Of a DNA stretch of 64,000 bases, positions 53,295 to 64,000 are shown one piece after another. The notes under the pieces were generated by a model that made no database searches, was not told the DNA's origin, and worked only from the letters and a program-made list of their open reading frames with translations. A program made the translations under genes and the position numbers. The first letter of the stretch is position 1, and each line of letters starts with the position of its first letter. Source of the DNA: Dicyema japonicum (taxonomy: Eukaryota; Animalia; Dicyemida). The stretch is from assembly GCA_011109175.1 (NCBI GenBank), contig RDEW01000037.1, positions 283,600 to 347,599 of the forward strand, in the 5' to 3' direction.

Positions 53295-53615
53295 AATTTA
53301 ATTTTAATTTAATAACCCCGGATACACCGAGAAAGAAGTTAAAGTAAACAACTAATTAAGTGTATCCAGTTTCCACTTCTACAGAGTCCATCCGGAATTA
53401 ACATAAAAGGTAAATGACGTCCATATTTGCAGACGTGGAAACCCCTCCAGTGGAGTGGGGAAGAGCAAATGATCCTTTTTCGTGCCGGCCTGGCACTGGG
53501 CGCCACCTAGACAGGTGGATCACATGATGCCACTTTAATAGGAAGAGAGGAGGAACAGACGAACAAACAGAAACTTCAACCAATTAACCACGCAGCACCA
53601 CATGGCGCCACACAG
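53295..53615 (-). repeat. About 300-bp interspersed repeat equal to a LINE 3' end; copies at 1-57, 5310-5697, 20360-20620, 38735-38900, 61672-61950 and 63600-63757
   Basis: Direct nucleotide similarity among the copies. It ends ...ETGYT* plus ctcggtgtatccggggtt and an AT-rich tail. Confidence 0.85.
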
Positions 53616-53649
53616 CTTATTAATAATCGTAGGTTGATAGTTGGAGGTA

Positions 53650-55480
53650 ATTAAAATTGTGTTGTGATCAGTCGGGAGATCATAAAGGACATACCATTGA
53701 ACGCTTCATTAAAATGAGACCACTAGAGAAATGCAGGGGATTTCTGTTAATGACGTCAAATTGACAGGCTGACTGAACAACCCTGATCATGGTCTGAACT
53801 TCTAATACATTTCAAATAAACGATTGTCATGAAAAAGAGGCACCTCAGGACAAAACAAAGACTAAAGAGTGATTTTATAATCTTGAATGTTTGATTATAA
53901 TTGTTATACTCGGTGTCGTAGAGCGTAATATAGCCGTTTATTGGCAAATTCACTTTAATAAGATTACAGTAATTTTCAGATTTGTTGTATACTCAAATTA
54001 TCTCATGCGGCCCCTGGAGCTTTTTGAGTTTGACGTGCCTGTGTTAGAGAATAGCACTGCAGGATGGTGAGCATTAAAATCACCACATAAAATACAGTTT
54101 TCAATATAAAAAAGATTTTTTCAGATTTGTTGTATACTCAAATTATCTCATGCGGCCCCTGGAGCTTTTTGAGTTTGACGTGCCTGTGTTAGAGAATAGC
54201 ACTGCAGGATGGTGAGCATTAAAATCACCACATAAAATACAGTTTTCAATATAAAAAAGATTTAAACAACTTATTATGGTAAAATGTGAACAAATAGTCA
54301 TATAGAGGCCGCCCTGATGCGTGGCTATTCCCTCTCGAGATTCGATCAAAAAACCAGCAGTCCTCATGGGGATATCCTGATCGTAGAAATCTGATTCCCT
54401 AGACGATTTAAGAATTCCAGCGTCGCATGGGCAAGGGAACCACGCTTCTCAACGGCGAATGGAACAAACAAAAAATCGTTGGGTAGGACCACATACTCTG
54501 CCCGTTTCAACCAGAGGTACTCTAGAGTTGGGTGCAAGAGGCAAACGTGTCGGTGCACATGACGTCCCAGGCAAGAGGTTTCACAGCTTCAAAAGGCATC
54601 GATGGGATTGGGGATATGAAGGGAGATATGAATGTATTGTTAGGGAGATATGAAGACATCGATGGGATGTGTACATTAACAAAAGTAAAACANTCCTCAC
54701 GGGGATATCCTGATCGTGTAGAAATCTGATTCCCTAGACGATTTAAGAATTCCAGCGTCGCATGAGCAAGGGAACCACGCTTCTCAACGGCGAATGGAAC
54801 AAACAAAAAATCGTTGGGTAGGACCACATACTCTGCCCGTTTCAACCAGAGGTACTCTAGAGTTGGGTGCAAGAGGCAAACGTGTCGGTGCACATGATGT
54901 CCCAGGCAAAAGGTTCCACAGCTTCAAAAGGCGACGTTCGATGTATTATTAGGGAGATATGAAGACATCGATGGGATGTGTACATTAACAAAAGTAAAGC
55001 AGGTCGACCTGGATATACGCAATTTCCATATTGGGATCGTGTGATGGGAAGGTTTTAATCGAAGAGGATAAGTCTAAAAAGCCCTTGTTTAAGCGATCGA
55101 ACTCTGATGTGAGCATTGTCCACAGATTTCTTATATAGGAATTATCTCAGATTATCATATTTCTTAGAAATCCCGTTAATATTTAGTAGGATGATTTTCA
55201 GCCTTTGAACAGTAGAGGGTTTTACTCAACGTTCGCAGAGGATCAATAGAAGTAACTGAGCACGTAAGCTAGGCGCTCGTCTCGTAGTCACTACCAGGTT
55301 AACTACTAAATAGTTGCTTGACAAGGGAGAGAAGATGGATTTGTTGGTTACAATTGTGTGCAGTTTTTCCACGAGCTGGTGACCCACATGAAAGGCAGAC
55401 TGTATAACTGCAACAAGATTCTCTCCTACTCCCACGTTTGACCCTCTTTAACTGGGTGACTTTCTGTCTTTAGGCTGACA
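53650..55480 (-). mobile_element. 5' half of an APE-RT LINE, interrupted by a CRE-like fragment at about 54300-54930
   Basis: A degenerate 2A is followed by LKIILLNINGISKK, FVNVHIP and ILCGDFNAHH. Confidence 0.75.
54300..54935 (-). mobile_element. CRE-like 3' fragment (RLE domain), duplicated across an N
   Basis: KPLAWDVMCTDTFA and FLFVPFAVE...ATLEFLNRLG; similar to 42250-42560. Confidence 0.75.
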
Positions 55481-55825
55481 TTTGACATTTCTGAAAATAT
55501 AAACTCAAATCCATAAAATTCCACAACTGAGCGTCAATGATATAAATCTGAGGAATTGTGACATTCTTGATCTACCATTTTAATAGCCTTTTCACGAAAG
55601 CCATAGTATTTATAGCTCCGCATAGGCAGGACACACACTTTATTTAAGTAGAGAACAGTTAATTTTAACTAATCGTAGAACCAAGGTTTGATCTTCACTT
55701 CTTTTTCTTGTATGTGGGTCCTTTCTAGACAATCCAGTTCCGCAGTGAATTTCCACTGATAACGGCGTCACTTTTTTGCATCGTAGATACGTGGAACCTT
55801 CCACCAGGTGAACAGCAGCGAGANC

Positions 55826-56080
55826 ACACACTTTATTTAAGTAGAGAACAGTTAATTTTAACTAATCGTAGAACCAAGGAGTGATCTTACTTCTTTTTTT
55901 CTTTTTCTTGTATGTGGGTCCTTTCTAGACAATCCAGTTCTGCAGTGAATTTCCACTGATGACGGCGTCATTTTTTTGCATCGTAGATGCGTGGAACCTT
56001 CCACCAGGTGAACAGCAGCGAAAATCGAACCCGTAACCTAAGCCACTTATGCCCAACATTTAACCACTATGCCACCCGCT
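55826..56080 (-). repeat. tRNA-derived SINE (family copies also at 35135-35382 and 51060-51310, all minus strand)
   Basis: Head with A box TGGCATAGTGG and B box GGTTCGATT. The three diverged copies share a body (ggttccac.catcta..atgc ... ttccttggttct). Confidence 0.75.
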
Positions 56081-58198
56081 TGATCTCCCATTATATGCTT
56101 TTATTCAGAAAAGTTCTCACAAACAAGACTTACTCCTTCCTTTCGTAACTACTCTTGTTCCTTGTTTGATCCGTTGATGAGTAAATTAGTGAGTTACTTG
56201 TTAATCTTGGTTAACTCTTGATTTGTATTTATACATTTGTAAGTAAATTGGTTAATGAAATTCATAATCAGCCGGTCAAAAGGTTCATTGGACTAAATGT
56301 GCAAAGCACATGTCTCTTATTCTCCTGACCCTGGACAAAATTCTGTCGTGGAAGATATCAGAAACCCGAAGTTCTGAACAAACGAAGCGTCGGGTAAGTG
56401 ACGAATCCGTGTTCAAATTACATCCTTCAATAGCATGTTTTCATTGATCATCCCAATATAGATATTAGTTTAACAAGAGCCAACTGGTGTGACCACCCTA
56501 TATTTATATTCTACTCACAAGACTCATCTAGATCACTATATTTTGAATGCCCTTAGAGTGTGTTTTGATGATCTTTATAAAAATTCTTCACAATACTATC
56601 ATAGTACTATGACTACTATGTTCACTATGGGATCACGGATTAACGATAATTCATCAGTCAGTAGATCNAATCAGCCGGTCAAAAGGTTCATTGGACTAAA
56701 TGTGCAAAACACATGTCTCTTATTCTCCTGACCCTGGACAAAATTCTGTCTTGGAAGATATCAGAAACCCGAAGTTCTAAACAAACGAAGCGTCTTGTAA
56801 GTGACGAATCCGTGTTCAAATTACATCCTTCAATAGCATGTTTTCATTGATCATCCCAATATAGATATTAGTTTAACATTAGCCAACTGGTCTGACCAAC
56901 CTATATTTATATTCTACTCACAAGACTCATCTAGATCACTATATTTTGAATGCCCGTAGAGTGTGTTTTGATGATCTTTATAAAAATTCTTCACAATACT
57001 ATCATAGTACTATGACTACTATGTTCACTATGGGATCACGGATTAACGATAATTCATCAGTCAGTAGATCCTAATTATATAACTTCCTCACTTCTACTTG
57101 CTTTAATGACTGTTTTGATCCAAATATCTATCATGTGATCGCAAACACAAATACATATATTATGCGCATTTGTTTCCGTGCTTATTGTCGAATCTACGAC
57201 TATAGATTACAGAGTTTTCAGTTCTTTGACAGTTTATTCTATATTACCACATAGTTGTGGAGATGTGCACCTGCATATGTTCAGCATTAGACCACATCTT
57301 ACTGTTAGTGGTCAACATTTTTCCTGACAGAAAATAATTAATTTATGAAGAGTAATAATATATTCAAACACATAAATTGAACCAATTAAATGACCTCAGG
57401 ATCACGTGAGCCTCTTATCACTACCTTTTCGNGTGGAGATGTGCACCTGCATATGTTCAGCATTCGACCACATCTTACTGTTAGTGGTCAACATTTTTCC
57501 TAACAGAAAATAATTAATTTATGAACAGTAATAATATATTCAAACACATAAATTGAACCAATTAAATGACCTCAGGATCACGTGAGCCTCTTATCACTAC
57601 CTTTTCGCCTCTTATCACAACCTCTGTATAATCCAAAGTCCTTCGCAAGGTTCTTCTCGAAGCGATCTTTCCACCAATGTTGGATAGAAAGACGTCCGTC
57701 CTCTTTCCCATAACTTTGAGGCTCTAAATGTCAATTATTAGATGGAACGCTCATGCGATCTTGACCTCTCAGTTAAAGGACTTTAGTTGTTTTTTTTAAT
57801 GTCACAATAAAATTTATAAAATATAATAGAAAATGAGTCACTAAGATCGAGGAAATGAAAAAAGGGTTTTCAGAGCAAGGGAGCTGTAGATTTATGGGAA
57901 ACATCGTACCTGACCGACTCCTCTGGAGGCCCTTATGAGAGTGGACTCCAGAATGCGTGAATGCGGCCCTGTAAATTAAGTCAGCCACCTTGTACGATCA
58001 TGTACGGGAACTAGGGAGTGACACCGGTCTCTAATGGAACTCACCGGGATACGTGATAATTATTATGGTTTAACCGTGGTCTTTGAATGTTAAATAATAA
58101 TGACGACAATACATTCATTAACCTCAAAAATAATCTGAAACTTAACACCCACGTGACCACGTGATAGTAAAGTGAAAACCTCAAAAAATAATTAAAAA

Positions 58199-59077
58199 TC
58201 ATGTCTCTCCCGATAAAATGCTTTCGATATACTCAGCCACAAACATGACGGAAGATCCAATTAGCATCCAAATGATAGACAGTGTCCTCACATAAATATC
58301 ATTCGAGAATATACTCCCAAGGGGGAACTCATGGAAAAAGAGAACCTCCAAGATAAGTCCCGATGACAACACGTAAATAACCACAGACATTGTCGTAGTA
58401 TTACAAAAGTCCAATTTATGAATAATGAGTCGAGTCAAAATAACCCCAATCGGTGAAGACAGAGAGAAAACAAGTCCACAAAGCACGTGCCAGATTTTCC
58501 GAAAATCCTGATTCATAGTCTTGGCAGCCAAGGCCGTGGAGATGCAGAATCTGTGAGCCATTGTGGCCACAAAAAAGAGTGTGAACCTCTCCTGTTGAAT
58601 TCCCATGGTGAGACCGTCAAAAAGTGAATGGATTGTGAAAACCATGAAAATGCTCATGTATTCAATTATAGTGGATCTCCTGTGGACATGGTCGTCTTCA
58701 TAGTAAATATACAATTCTGAGGATTTTTCTTTTTTCATGTTAGAGAGAAATCCGTTTATAATAAGCAAAAGTAGGATAATCATAACTACAGAAAATGGAA
58801 CTAGGTTAATGCTTTCAAAAGAAGGCCAGCATTCTTTGATCCCTGTCTGGTAGTCCAATATTCCTTGAGGAAAGAGAATTCCAAGCGATAAGGCAAGGAG
58901 GATTCCATCGACAAAACAAGTCCCATATCGGTTGCAAAAAAAAATCAAAGATTCGAATCTCCAGAGAATTCTATTTAGCAGATAAGGCAGGGAAAACATG
59001 ATCAACGTTATGATAAACATGGCTAGAACCAAACTAAACTCATACAGAGTTATTTTAAACACATTCAGCAAATACAT
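58199..59077 (-). CDS. ZIP (SLC39) family metal transporter, single ORF
   Basis: Multi-pass hydrophobic ORF with DGILLALSLGILFP, HSLFDGLTMG, ATMAHR and FSLSSPIGV. First ATG is at 59077; the ORF track starts at an upstream TTG. Confidence 0.85.
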   Translation of the reverse strand: MYLLNVFKITLYEFSLVLAMFIITLIMFSLPYLLNRILWRFESLIFFCNRYGTCFVDGILLALSLGILFPQGILDYQTGIKECWPSFESINLVPFSVVMIILLLLIINGFLSNMKKEKSSELYIYYEDDHVHRRSTIIEYMSIFMVFTIHSLFDGLTMGIQQERFTLFFVATMAHRFCISTALAAKTMNQDFRKIWHVLCGLVFSLSSPIGVILTRLIIHKLDFCNTTTMSVVIYVLSSGLILEVLFFHEFPLGSIFSNDIYVRTLSIIWMLIGSSVMFVAEYIESILSGET

Positions 59078-59399
59078 AATGATTAAATTTCCCGTCAAAA
59101 ATTTATAAATTTAAATAATAATTTAACTTAATTAAATCATTTATATAAAATAAATAAATTATAATTATTTTTTCGAAACATATTATCAATTCAGAGGAGT
59201 TCTACCTGGACTGCACTTCCTTCAAGTCCAAGTATGCGAAGACTGCTGAGGGAGGGCTGGATTTTTTTCATTCTGGCTATGGCGGTGGTTTTCTTGTTCA
59301 ATAAATTTAATTTAATTAAAGCATTTGAGAAGTATAACTACCCTTGGCTACCCAATGCAAGTAATCATCTCATTTTGAAGCTGAACAAACCATCCACCA

Positions 59400-60110
59400 A
59401 TAACTCCTCCTTGTCTCCACCATCTGTGTCAATTCTCAAATGCTGAATAAACTTGACTTTATAAAAATCTGTCCGTTTTTCGACCTACCCACTTTCCATC
59501 ACTGCAACTCATTTTTTCAAGGGTGTTCAGTTCAATTATGACGGCCTAAACACTTTAAGCTCATCCAATGATAGTGCTCTTGGTGGATATTTGGAAGGCG
59601 TTTGACTTTGTCAAGAGATCAGCAAAAATTCTCTCGACTTCAATCAATCCTAATCTCAGCTCATTGGTGCCAACCTTTAAGTATGGCCTTCGATATAAAG
59701 ATTTCCATTATAAGCAATTTTCTCGCGACCAGGCAACCACATGAAAACCACCTAGAAAGTGTCTAAGATTTTATTGCTTCTTTTCTTGTGAACACAGCTC
59801 ACAAAATCAAGGGTTTGATTCTGAAAAATTTCAAAATAATCGATGAAAGGAATTACTTAAGAAAAGACACATCGAGATTGTNTAAGTATGGCCTTCGATA
59901 TAAAGATTTCCATTATAAGCAATTTTCTCGCGACCAGGCAACCACATGAAAACCACCTAGAAAGTGTCTAAGATTTTATTGCTTCTTTTCTTGTGATCAC
60001 AGCTCACAAAATCAAGGGTTTGATTCTGAAAAATTTCAAAATAATCGATGAAAGGAATTACTTAAGAAAAGACACATCGAGATTGTTTATTTCATTTTAG
60101 TTCAGTAATT
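59400..60110 (+). mobile_element. Possible Penelope-like (RT thumb / GIY-YIG) remnant
   Basis: Weak fragments HFEAEQ... and KHLES...AHKI...NFKIID; heavily decayed. Confidence 0.35.
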
Positions 60111-60399
60111 TTCAAATGCAACATAAAAGCAGTATGCCTAGACATACTTTAAGCAAATACTTTTATTTAACAAGATATTAGGAGTTAGAGGGTATATTAT
60201 TAAAGTTCTGCTCCTCAAGTTGGACAATCCGCCACATCCCCTCTTCTCTTTTTTTAACCGGGAGTTCCAAGGGTTCAAAAAGCCATTGAGCCCATAATGG
60301 GTCTAGACAACCGTAGTACCCATAAAAGCCCTCTAACTTCTTGTTAAATAAAAGTGTTTGTATTTGCTATGAACCCATACTGGCTCGAATAACATCAGC

Positions 60400-61670
60400 T
60401 GGTATTTAGCGTTTTCGATCACTAACTCGTGATCTGATAATTTGTTCTACCTCAATTTCGGTTACTTCATAACGGTGCCATTGTACGATGAGCTGGATTT
60501 TCGCCCTGATCTCCTCTTTAAGGACCTTGTCACCAACTTTTAAAGTTTCTTGTCGTTTCTCCACCTTCCTTTTTCAATCATTTTTTGTGCTGTACTTGCG
60601 TATATATTCATGCCTCCTCCCTTGCTTCATCCACTTCATAAGACAGAAAATTCGACAAATCCTCCGGAATTGCTTCCTGTGGATACTTAGATCCCATAAA
60701 TATGAAGAATGGCATTTGTTTTTTTGTCTCGTGTATCGAAATGTTGTAATCAAAAACAATTTTTTTTAATGAAGAACATAGCTCCCAAATTCTCCATTGG
60801 AAGCTGATGTGGAGGAAATCCATTTTTAATTGATTGGTTAAATCTAAATTTATAATTTCTTTTTTTACCTCTTTACTTGACCTTGTATCCATGGAGCAAG
60901 CGGTCTACCATAGACATATTTGACCCGAAGCTCCATTAACATATTGGTCATCAATTCATTTTTAAATTCTTTTCCGTTATCCGTGTGTAATAATAACGGG
61001 GGTCATATGTATAAAAATTTTTTTGAAAAGTTTCAACTACTTCCTTTGAATTTTTGGAGTAGAGAGTTTCGACCATACCAAATTTGCTGAAACAATCAAC
61101 AACTGTCAAAAGCTACAGAAAATTAATGAGAAAAAATACCCATGAATAACCCAAGTTTTTGTAATAATAACGTGGTAAATGGATCAGATCGGCTATATAT
61201 CTGTTGCGCTGGTATTTTGCCACAATTGGTGTTATCGGTAGTTTTGTTTCCAAAAGCCTCTTATACACAAAAATAGACACCACTTTACAATATCTCCAAC
61301 TTCGTTCTTTGTCACATTGTAGTAAAGCCTTTTCAAAATACTAAAAAGTCTGTTCCTGCCCATGTGGGATTTGTTGTGTTCAGACTAAAAACATAAAGAT
61401 TGAATAATAGTTAATCGTTTTAGCTATAAGTAGTCGTTTGTAAAAAATCGTAATTTATAATTTGTTTCCTACAATTAAGCAATAATAAATATACGTAGAT
61501 ATATGGCACATCGTTTTCAAACGTAAAATTACTGGCTTGCCTATTATAACGCCTCTTAACGGATATTGCCAGATCTGAAGGGATCAAGTCAAATTCTTTA
61601 AATTCCTTAATTATTTTCAGATTGTAATAATAGCCGCGTGATATTGCCAGATCTGAAGGGATCAAGTCAA
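60400..61670 (-). mobile_element. Ginger/GIN-like integrase (transposase) relic with micro-introns
   Basis: KRRYNRQASNF, an H2C2 finger (EHNKSHMGRNR...VKWCLFC), ITPIVA, ADLI, SW|LLTVVDCFSKF and LHTDNGKEFKNE. Confidence 0.75.
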
Positions 61671-62074
61671 AGCTAATTGGTTGAAGTTTCTGTTTGGTCG
61701 TATGTTCCTCCTCTCTCTTCCTATTAGAGTGGCGTCATGTGATCCAACTGTCTAGATGGCGCCCAGTACCAGGCAGGCACAAGAATGGATCATTTGCTCT
61801 CCTCCACTCTACTGGAGGGGTTTCCATAACTGCAACTATGGACGTCTTTACCTTTTATGATGATTTTGGATGGACTCCGTTTCTGTGAAAGTGTAAACTG
61901 GATACATTTAATTAGTTGTTTACTTTAACTTCTTTATCGTTGTATAAATAAATCGTGAAGAAACAACTGAACAACAAAAACTATCAGTCGCGTGTTAATG
62001 TTAATAAAAGCGTGCTAAATAATTTTTTAAATAATTTAAATTAATTATTATTAAGACTCTCCAAAGGACCTTAG

Positions 62075-62825
62075 ACCGATCACGTGCATGTCTAACCTCT
62101 ATCAATTGACATCAAAGTGGGTGAATAGCAAGCTGAGCAATTATATAGAAGCATTCGATTTAATCAGTGACAACAAGTTAGGAACTCGTAGAATGTGCTG
62201 GGGCACAAAGGAACAAGCCTTGGTCAATGCATTAACAAACAGTCTGCAGCCATTGCAACTCAGCGAAAAAAACAGTGGATCATTTGGCAACAAAGTGTGG
62301 AAGAATGCTCAATAATGACTACATACGTCGTGATAATGAGGTCGTCAGGTGCATACACACACCTGTGCAGGCAGTATGGAATAAAGAAATCGAAAAGACT
62401 AAAGTCTCATTCAGTGCAATCAACGGTTGTAACTGAATTTGTGGAAATTCGCGTTGACACAACAGACACGAGAATAGAGAATAACAAGCCAGATATATTC
62501 GTGCATGACAAAATCAAAAACAAAATAACGCTAATAAAAGTGGGAATAACCTCCAAGATTTTTTTGAAACATGTAGAAGTTGAGAAAGGCCGCAAGTACG
62601 ATCTTCTCGCAAGTGAGGTGGGGATGATACACAAAGCAAAAGTATACGTGATCCCAGTAGTCATCCTTAGGGATGGAGTCGTAAGCAAATTTTATAAACA
62701 CCACCTGAGCCACTTAAATTAGGAATGCTTTGTAAGAGCCTACATGCAGACGATAACGATCAAAAAAACGATGAAAAGCGTTTTGGGAGATCACGTTTGC
62801 ATGTCGGAGTATTTGTCGAAATGAA
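62075..62825 (+). mobile_element. R4/Dong-like RLE retroelement fragment
   Basis: NKLGTRRMCWGTKEQAL, YGIKKSKRLKSHSVQ, NNKPDIFVHDK and EKGRKYD. Further fragments lie at 5700-6200 (-), 20640-21200 (+) and 57070-57320 (-). Confidence 0.8.
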
Positions 62826-63774
62826 AATGGAATTTGATGTTAACTAACTATTAACTATTTTTGTTTGTTTACAAATAAACTAAATTAAGAAACAATTTAT
62901 ATATAAAAACTAAGTAAAATTAGCCGGGAAAAGAGCCTCCAAAATCACGGAACGCTGGATTTCTGGAGAGTTCTAACCACCATTTCCACTTGACTTGATA
63001 CGAATGAACCATGGAACGCGCCGTCGTGACTGCGAAACTCCAGTCACTTGACCGATACGTCCTTGTGTGTGTCTAGGAAAAAGAAACGGGCCAAGGTGAG
63101 GTCCCTGACAGTACCAAATTGTTAGAAAAAAGTAATAGTTGTGAAATAAAAATACATCAAATTTGACTCTCAGAATTATCCCATATCTGTGAAATAAAAA
63201 TGAACCCTTATTTGGGAATTTCTACATTTTCAGAAATTCTAAAAAATTGTGAAAGTTGGAAAACTGAAAATACAATTAACAAGTCAAGAGCCAAGTGGTA
63301 AACATCATCAACTTGATAATTCATTTGCTGAATGGATGAAATTATGAACCCTTATTTGGGAATTTCTACATTTTCAGAAATTCTAAAAAATTGTGAAAGT
63401 TGGAAAACTGAAAATACGATTAACAAGTCAAGAGCCAAGTGGTAAACATCATCAACTTGATAATTCATTTGCTGAATGGATGAAATTAATGGTTTTATTA
63501 CTGAAGATATCAATTCATAAGCTAAAGTTAAAAAATTATTCTTAAAAAAATACAAAAAATAAGCTAAAGTATTTTGTAAAAAGCTTAGAATCAATGATTT
63601 TATTATTATTTATTTATTAACCCCGGAAACACCGAGAAAGAAGTTAAAGTAAACAACTAATTAAGTGTATCCAGTTTCCACTTCTACAGAGTCCATCCGG
63701 AATCAACATAAAGGGTAAGACGTCCATTACATGCAGTTTGGAAACCCCTCCAGTGGATTTTGACTTTAAAAATT

Positions 63775-64000
63775 ATTGTGCTATGTAAATAAACGGGTTT
63801 GAATGACAACAGAAGTTTTTAATGTTTTCATCAGTTATCATTGTGATGAATTACAATGTTACAGAAAAAAGTACTTTTTACTGATAATGCTCCACGTTTT
63901 AACGAAATTTTTTGAAAATTAAAATTGTATTCCTTCCAAAAAACACAACTGCACATCTTCAATCATGGATGCAGGCATAATCAAGAACTTTAAGCATTAT
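63775..64000 (+). mobile_element. pogo/Tigger DDE_1 transposase fragment, running off the window
   Basis: MTTEVF, DNAP, IKIVFLPKNTTAHLQ and MDAGIIKNFKHY. Confidence 0.75.

Noticed and set aside
56020-56080. tRNA genes at the SINE heads
   Set aside because: Only A and B boxes are present, there is no complete cloverleaf, and each head is fused to a repeated body.
1061-59077. Alternative genetic code or stop readthrough to explain the fragmented ORFs
   Set aside because: Removing micro-introns accounts for the in-frame stops under the standard code.
5427-60085. Many 100-400 bp tandem duplications joined by a single N (near 5541, 6051, 7250, 11119, 17786, 23903, 35572, 36609, 49952, 54693, 55824, 56668, 57432, 59883)
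   Set aside because: The pattern is typical of unmerged overlapping contig ends or haplotypes in a scaffolded assembly. The few differences between copies look like allelic SNPs, not a biological repeat system.
1-64000. CRISPR arrays or prokaryotic defence and operon systems
   Set aside because: The DNA is eukaryotic and intron-containing, and no repeat-spacer array or bacterial-type operon is seen.

Overview
Eukaryotic, AT-rich draft scaffold from a highly derived animal. The metazoan-type genes combined with extremely small introns fit a reduced parasite such as a myxozoan or dicyemid, but the taxon cannot be fixed from the sequence alone. Manual splicing recovers ten host genes that the ORF track mostly misses: an equilibrative nucleoside transporter, phosphorylase kinase beta, a Rab7-like GTPase, a double C-type lectin, a SET/NAP chaperone, an E-protein bHLH, a d4/DPF PHD protein, NOP14, a saposin-like protein and an intronless ZIP transporter. 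Together these cover about 13 kb and carry about 67 spliceosomal micro-introns of 21-27 nt (one of 34 nt), two of them GC-AG. The rest of the window is mostly decayed transposable elements: Ingi/Vingi-like APE-RT LINEs, CRE-like and R4-like RLE retroelements, RTE bits, hAT/Buster, Tc1, pogo, a Ginger-like integrase, tRNA-SINEs and a HINE-like element. Many tandem duplications, often around single Ns, are assembly artefacts. The most notable signals are the apparently length-defined micro-intron system, a transposon carrying host-sized micro-introns, an HDV-like ribozyme candidate with 2A/StopGo relics in the LINEs, and a covarying 3' stem-loop shared across LINE families.
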